From Setoptus koraiensis (taxonomy: Eukaryota; Animalia; Arthropoda), in the NCBI GenBank assembly GCA_048013815.1, contig CM106586.1, positions 558,001 to 622,000 of the forward strand: a DNA stretch of 64,000 nucleotides, given 5' to 3'. Positions 58,401 to 64,000 of the stretch are shown one piece after another. Under the pieces are notes generated by a model. It saw nothing but the letters and a program-made list of their open reading frames with translations. It had not been told where the DNA came from and did no database searches. The translations under genes and the position numbers were made by a program. The number at the start of each line of letters is the position of its first letter. Positions within the stretch are counted from its first letter, which is position 1.

Positions 58401-60432
58401 CCATATTACCTTGATGCAAACTCAAAATTTTTGGGTTGAAAGGGTTAATGTACCTATCCTTGAATGAACGTTTGAGGTAAATTTTATTGTGTTTCAGTGA
58501 AGATCTTATTGCCATAATATACTCGTCGTAACTGCAGTCAATTAATCGGAGGAAATGTTCGAAATCATGAACTATTTCATCATCAGATGCTAATAGAGCA
58601 TCAACCTTGGATAGAATTGAATCATATTTCTTATCTTCGCTACTGAGTGGGGTCAGCATCATTGTCTCTCTCATGGGGTAAAACGGGATATTAAATCTAC
58701 AACGGTTTTTCCTCAAACAGCCAATTTTGGTATGCTTATGACGTTGAAGAAGATTTGTGTCTAAATCGGCGTTGCAAGAGATGTATTTATCAATGAAACT
58801 TACAAACTCGAAACTCGACTCATCCATAGGAACATTTTCGAGCCATAAAACACCATGGACATGAGGAGAACCTCTGTGCTGGAATTCTGTCCTAAAAAAA
58901 TAATGAACAACTGGATATCTTTGGAAAATCCCATTCTTCTCTTTCATATAATTTATAAGAGCCTTAATACGATGATCGAAATACCGCGCCGTGGTTACCG
59001 GATCTTTACTCACCAGTCTAAGTTTATTCCAATAATCTAGGTGAGTGATTTCTTCATCAGTAATATCAGAACCTTCAACAGTCTTCTTCAGGCTTCTGAT
59101 GAGAGGTTTCCAATGAAGATCTGCGGATGAAAGAGTGATGAAGAAGGTTGGCTTTCCAAATTGACGAATTTTAGCTAACAAATTAGAGCGGACCTTCGAC
59201 CAGTAGAACGGAGTGTTGCGCACCTCTTGAAAAACCTTGTAACATTGATTTTGAGACAGCATCATTTGAATCTTTGATGCCTGTGCAGCCTCGAAGGCGG
59301 TCAATCCTATACTCTTCTGTTTTCTCATGCTTATCTTAATGCAACTCATCAAATCGATGAGTTGTGCTTTCCGTGTCATAAAAAAGAGGTGGGCTGGAGA
59401 ACAAAACCTCCTATCCTTATTGCGAATTTCATATCTGGCAATAGAACAATAGGTGATGTTTGAGTCTTGGTTTCTACCGTGGCCTTGATAAATATCGGGA
59501 AAAGAAAGCTCCTCTGCATCGTTGTCCTTCAAAAGACTCATAGCTGTTAAATACTGACTAGGAGCAATTGAAATAATTTCATCATCTTTGATTGCGAGGG
59601 TCTGATCGATCGGCTCTACCACAGGAATTATCTGATCATCACCAATGGAAACGTCATTAACATCCGTAATGAAGGGCACGGGACCATCTTTCCCTCGGAA
59701 GAATTCAATATTAACTTTGATACCATGCTTCTGATATAATGGCGATTTAGATAAATACTTGAGAGCGCGAAGAACTAGAACAGGACGTATTTCACCAAAC
59801 ATGTAGTCTCTAGAGTCAGACAATTTTCTCTTCAGTTTCAATTGGACGACGAAACTTTCATCGAACGCTCTTGGTAGAGTCTTCACCATCGAATCGACAC
59901 TAATAGGTACATTAAATACACCTCCTATCATTCCTTTCTGCCCTCGATATGTGAGACTTCGGAATAACATAAATGGTATCCTCGGAGATATTAATCTCAA
60001 TTCTAATGAGTTAAGAACGGAAATGCTTTCATGGATATCTGGGAATGGTGTGAAATTGATGTGGCAAAATTTCGGTACATGACCGGATGATAGAGAACGG
60101 TAACAATTCAGACATAAATTAGAATCCAAATTTATCTTAGGTAATTCTCCATTGTTAATGTAATCTTGGATCTTGATAATATTAGGATTTGAAGCCATAA
60201 AATTCTTGAAAATCAATCCAAAACAACATGAGCAAATGTGACTTGGACCTTCACTTATAGCATCATTATATTTTTTATCGCATTCTGAGATGTCTTTGCA
60301 AGTTCTCAATAGTTTCTTGCAATTATTAACTCGTTCTCTGTAGTGAACATCTTGCATCTTCCTCTTTTTATTCATTTGATATTCTCGCCTCTTGAGTTTC
60401 TTTGATTCTTCGCTATGTCTCTTCCTACCCAT
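55417..60432 (-). CDS. Helentron (Helitron2-type) RepHel-endonuclease, intact 1671 aa
   Basis: HUH Rep (PTFFITLS; EFQHRGSPHVH; YIVNYIGK), PIF1 SF1 helicase (GGAGTGKS; IIDEISMV; GDLNQLPPV; TIHKSQGST; YMGLSRV), C-terminal APE-like nuclease (LAETR; MGDFN; IDNAF; SYHRPI). Confidence 0.95.
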   Translation of the reverse strand: MGRKRHSEESKKLKRREYQMNKKRKMQDVHYRERVNNCKKLLRTCKDISECDKKYNDAISEGPSHICSCCFGLIFKNFMASNPNIIKIQDYINNGELPKINLDSNLCLNCYRSLSSGHVPKFCHINFTPFPDIHESISVLNSLELRLISPRIPFMLFRSLTYRGQKGMIGGVFNVPISVDSMVKTLPRAFDESFVVQLKLKRKLSDSRDYMFGEIRPVLVLRALKYLSKSPLYQKHGIKVNIEFFRGKDGPVPFITDVNDVSIGDDQIIPVVEPIDQTLAIKDDEIISIAPSQYLTAMSLLKDNDAEELSFPDIYQGHGRNQDSNITYCSIARYEIRNKDRRFCSPAHLFFMTRKAQLIDLMSCIKISMRKQKSIGLTAFEAAQASKIQMMLSQNQCYKVFQEVRNTPFYWSKVRSNLLAKIRQFGKPTFFITLSSADLHWKPLIRSLKKTVEGSDITDEEITHLDYWNKLRLVSKDPVTTARYFDHRIKALINYMKEKNGIFQRYPVVHYFFRTEFQHRGSPHVHGVLWLENVPMDESSFEFVSFIDKYISCNADLDTNLLQRHKHTKIGCLRKNRCRFNIPFYPMRETMMLTPLSSEDKKYDSILSKVDALLASDDEIVHDFEHFLRLIDCSYDEYIMAIRSSLKHNKIYLKRSFKDRYINPFNPKILSLHQGNMDIQYISDAYACAAYIVNYIGKQQKGISSLMTKLIRQIEKGNHSLKEQYYSLAGKYIHNSELCAQECAYYLLGLPLYISDVTDIFINTDSREERCRIILPMKILKKLDPHSTEIYESGLIDRYMLRPSEMESMCLADFAAMTNYSKSSKKSKTTFHPSRNMDCEDEDENELDDQDVPQDSSSDNEFRLLKNAGYVTLRKFPRVIRHKPIREKIDQFEFKMQRVVLYVPFREEWDRSDRSEILELYERFKPSILENFRRYNKIDLDVMEEYIEVEEANMNEDSGIVEDYLRFTEDIGERNPSDDACVSTRVPKSNSCDYRDLIAMLNSGQRKYLLNFVSLIKKQKQFFHFIGGGAGTGKSLLIKAIQLTGMRLIGQNFEFHTDDLTVITCAFTGKAAYNVSGNTLHSLFRFPVNQNKRNREKLIPLNSSTLQEFQVRFSKLTVLIIDEISMVGLNLFKQVDERLKQIMENSLPFGGISVICVGDLNQLPPVCCRPVYDDDYDRSNNHGLLFSKNTLWKLFQYYKLEEIMRQKDDLQFAEALNNFCAGTLRESDRLLLSSRIVKANTIPISERCVRLAYRNEFVDNLNREIFDKLPGDSIEVPAQDLLVVRKHSISEEEALKHAHQLSKTETDGFVPTLHLKLGAQYMIIKNLNTSEGIVNGAVCHLDDYRMDSHGNVACLTLSHLEDGKKFRVYRAEITIKRTKYVVQRKQFPLVLAEALTIHKSQGSTYDKVVLYLDKCNTRNLVYMGLSRVKTLAGLRIVGSINFDSKPNHSLIEEFKRLGSKKLDCLELPFKDDVDSLLFYNIQSYNANSSEIDSDPNLRQCDIMCLAETRLIHKFVDVDGYNCFDSLVSSNGMAGSGMVCHGRKSLGTLRMERLNFDSGHLETIIIQFKNTVIAFIYVSPSLPFPNLEKFLEEIIREYDNLIIMGDFNHNTVGDGPLPLFFEQYNFHHLITDPTTDCDTFIDNAFTNIMGLKGGVYGSILSYHRPIYVYGYL

Positions 60433-60599
60433 TGTTAATCTGATAAATTACTTTTCTTGTCGTATATAGAAAAATGCATTATATTCGACTATTAACTATA
60501 CTAAATATTTACGATTCATCTTCAAATGAGCAAAAACTTGTTTGTGTCAGCTATCCTGGTTTCACCTTGACTATGCTGCTACGCGCTATCGACGTCGCT

Positions 60600-61060
60600 A
60601 ACAGTAATATTATAGTTATCTGCGTAGCTAGTAATCTTCTAGTTATAACACTTCTAGCTTCCAGTGCACTAAATCCGATTGTATACTGCTAGCCTTCTGC
60701 TGTGCTAGATTCATCTAGTTGGCATCTCAGCATTGAGCATGCTACTCTCGTATAGTTTCATCTACAATAGCATTAACAGTGCTGAAAATCAGTAGTTATT
60801 CTGAATAGCTTCTACTGTTCTACAATCTTCTAGTTCTGACGCCTCTAGCTTCCAGTGCACTAAATCCGAGTTGTATACAGCTAGCCTTCTGCTGTGCTAA
60901 ATTCATCTAGTTAGCATCTCAGCTTTGAGCGTGCTAATCGCGTCTATTAAGTGAACGCGCATAGCATTCTATGTGCTAAATTGAACTACTCAACATTGTA
61001 AGCTTTGAGTGTTCTAAATTTATCTAGTTTATTTCTCACAGTACAGCCTTCACCGTGCTA
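60600..61060 (-). mobile_element. Type C Helentron 5' subterminal region upstream of the RepHel ORF
   Basis: Matches 54225-54365 and the reverse complement of 44280-44700; interrupted at the T-run by the next element. Confidence 0.8.
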
Positions 61061-63865
61061 TTTTTAGCGCTTAATTTTAATTAAGGGCTTATGATGTAGT
61101 GTTGTGGGATCCTGAAGATCACGCATGAATATCCACGCACGGTATGATGGTGGATACTTAATTCGTGCATTTCATAGGATATTCACCAATTGTGCTATGG
61201 TGATTCACGCGCTGTGTGCTTGTGAATACTCCGACTTTGTATGCCAGTGAATATCCACGTACCGATTTATTTGTGGATATTCACAGTTTTCGATCTTGAG
61301 AGTCACGCGCTGTGTGCTTGCATACATTAGCACTAGCATAATCAGTGCTTAGTGAGTGTGTAGGCAGGAATGTGCTTGGGAGGTGGGAGGTACACTCAAG
61401 CTTGAGATTCGAAAGTTCGTCCACCTCCCAAACACACATTTACTAGGGAGGTGGATTGAATTTTGAGTCTCGGGCTCATGTCTAGTTAGGAGGTGGACCG
61501 AAGCTATAACGAGATAGGTTTAGCTACTCAAAATAGCGTGGGGCGACTCATGCTTGGGAGGTGGACTAGCTTGAGCTCAAACAATAAGTTCACCTCCTGA
61601 GCATGCAACAACCTACATACAAGTTTAAGACTCGAAGGTTCGTCCACCTCCCAAACACACATTTCAGGGAGGTGAATTGAATTTTAAGTCCCGGGCTCAT
61701 GCAGAGGTTAATGTATTGTGAGGAGGTGGATCGATGCTATACACGATCTGTGCGAGTCAAATCAATTTTCTGTTTCTAGTATTGGCGCTATAGGCCATAT
61801 TGTGGCACATGTGTCTCTACATTATGTGCGATTTTCGAAACTGTTCTCACCAGGATAAATTCTCGAAACTTTCTAGAGACAGCAAGCACTGTGCCATACA
61901 CGATCTGTGCAAGTCTTATCAATTTTCTGTTTCTAGTATTGGCGCTATAGGCAATTCTGGATCATGTTAGCTCATTCAATACATCTGATTTCTGATCACA
62001 TGTGAATATCGTGATATTTGAACATGTTCCCACCTATCCGTTTTGATGATACTGCGTGTGTGTGTTGTGCATGTTGCTCGCTACATTCTGTGCAAGTATG
62101 ATCAGAAATCAATTGGTCGTTTTCGAGACATAGAGAAATTTCGGATGACGGATGTCATGTATAGTCATCGATTTCTGAACATGTTCCCACCTATCCGTTT
62201 TGATGATACTGCGTGTGTGTGTTGTGCATGTTGCTCGCAACATCATGTGCAAGTATGATCAGAAATCAATTGGTCGTTTTCGAGACAGAAAGAAATTTTG
62301 GCTGACGGATGTCATGTGAATATCGTGATATTTGAACATGTTCCCACCTATCCGTTTTGATTATACTGCGTGAATGTGTTGTGCATGTTGCTCGCTACAT
62401 TCTGTGCATGTATGATCAGAAATCAATTGGTCGTTTTCGAGACATAGAGAAATTTCGGATGACAGATGTCATGTATAGTCATCGATTTCTGAACATGTTC
62501 CCACCTATCCGTTTTGATTATACTGCGTGTGTGTGTTGTGCATGTTGCTCGCAACATTTTGTGCAAGTATGATCAGGAATCAATTTGTCGTTTTCGAGAC
62601 AGAAAGAAATTTTGGCTGACGGATGTCATGTGAATATCGTGATATTTGAACATGTTCCCACCTATCCGTTTTGATTATACTGCGTGTGTGTGTTGTGCAT
62701 GTTGCTCGCAACATTATGTGCAAGTATGATCAGGGATCAACTGGTCGTTTTCGAGACAGAAAGAAATTTTGGCTGACGGATGTCATGTGAATATCGTGAT
62801 ATTTGAACATGTTCCCACCTATCCGTTTTGATTATACTGCGTGAATGTGTTGTGCATGTTGCTCGCAACATTTTGTGCAAGTATGATCAGGAATCAATTT
62901 GTCGTTTTCGAGACAGAAAGAAATTTTGGCTGACGGATGTCATGTGAATATCGTGATTTCTGAACATGTTCCCACCTATCCGTTTTGATTATACTGCGTG
63001 AATGTGTTGTGCATGTTGCTCGCTACATTCTGTGCAAGTATGATCAGAAATCAATTGGTCGTTTTCGAGACATAAAGAAATTTCGGCTGACGGATGTCAT
63101 GTGAATATCGTGATTTCTGAACATGTTCCCACCTATCCGTTTTGATTATACTGCGTGTGTGTGTTGTGCATGTTGCTCGCAACATTTTGTGCAAGTATGA
63201 TCAGGAATCAATTTGTCGTTTTCGAGACAGAAAGAAATTTTGGCTGACGGATGTCATGTGAATATCGTGATTTCTGAACATGTTCCCACCTATCCGTTTT
63301 GATGATACTGCGTGTGTGTGTTGTGCATGTTGCTCGCAACATCATGTGCAAGTATGATCAGAAATCAATTGGTCGTTTTCGAGACAGAAAGAAATTTTGG
63401 CTGACGGATGTCATGTGAATATCGTGATATTTGAACATGTTCCCACCTATCCGTTTTGATTATACTGCGTGAATGTGTTGTGCATGTTGCTCGCTACATT
63501 CTGTGCATGTATGATCAGAAATCAATTGGTCGTTTTCGAGACATAGAGAAATTTCGGATGACAGATGTCATGTATAGTCATCGATTTCTGAACATGTTCC
63601 CACCTATCCGTTTTGATGATACTGCGTGTGTGTGTTGTGCATGTTGCTCGCAACATTTTGTGCAAGTATGATCAGGGATCAACTGGTCGTTTTCGAGACA
63701 GAAAGAAATTTTGGCTGACGGATGTCATGTGAATATCGTGATTTCTGAACATGTTCCCACCTATCCGTTTTGATGATACTGCGTATGTGTGTTGTGCATG
63801 TAGCTCGCAACATTATGTGCAAGTATGATCAGGAATCAATTTGTCGTTTTCGAGACAGAAAGAAA
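61061..63865 (+). mobile_element. Type A Helentron with expanded satellite; 3' end not in the window
   Basis: 5' terminus and first 700 bp nearly identical to 2062-2760; cut by a MITE end at 63866-63921. Confidence 0.88.
62000..63865. repeat. 157-bp satellite, about 12 copies
   Basis: CATGTTCCCACC anchor at 62023, 62180, 62337 ... 63750 with an exact 157 period. Confidence 0.97.
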
Positions 63866-64000
63866 CCCATACCGGAAGTTTCATCAAGATCTGGTTGGTG
63901 ACCTAATCGCTAGAACAACCAATTTGGCAATTTCCTTGATCCACTCTCGAGACGTCCCAATGTCTGCGGCATTGAAAGTTTGACCTCCTTCCCGCAATGC

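Noticed and set aside
1151-61100. Recurring motif bounding foreign fragments read as a CRISPR-like array or integron
   Set aside because: Spacing is irregular (9 bp to several kb), orientation is mixed, no cas or integrase gene is present, and the motif pairs up as 5' and 3' ends of Helentron-type elements
62043-63671. Repeated 71-aa ORFs
   Set aside because: Translations of the 157-bp satellite
1-64000. tRNA, rRNA or prokaryotic operon content
   Set aside because: No cloverleaf or rRNA signature seen; content is eukaryotic TE sequence plus a metazoan exon

Overview
AT-rich metazoan (probably arthropod: a PlexA-like exon is present) draft scaffold with two 500-N gaps, made almost entirely of nested transposable elements. 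No intact host gene and no RNA gene is recognisable. The organising feature is a Helentron (endonuclease-encoding rolling-circle transposon) family. An intact 1671-aa Rep-PIF1 helicase-APE endonuclease ORF lies at 55417-60432 (-). By manual count there are about 34 family termini sharing the 11-bp subterminal inverted repeat AGCGCTTAATT. 5' ends read TT-AGCGCTTAATT-TT-AATTAAG..GCT; 3' ends read AATTAAGCGCT-hairpin-CTTGT(T). Non-autonomous copies carry internal satellites (157-bp, TCGAA-rich, CTAG-rich). They insert into T-runs without a target duplication, and three insertions can be removed in silico to restore reading frames. Between termini lie fragments of Gypsy, Copia and hAT elements, a plexin exon and unassigned ORFs, many cut exactly at a terminus. 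Two large Gypsy pieces (8.3-14.1 kb and 38.6-43.3 kb, about 97% identical in their overlap) reconstruct an env-bearing element whose gag, pol and env appear to form one continuous ORF, preceded by two conserved accessory ORFs. A second abundant family is a GG-terminated MITE with 8-bp target duplications. All domain calls come from motif recognition by eye. Chimeric joins could partly be assembly artefacts.
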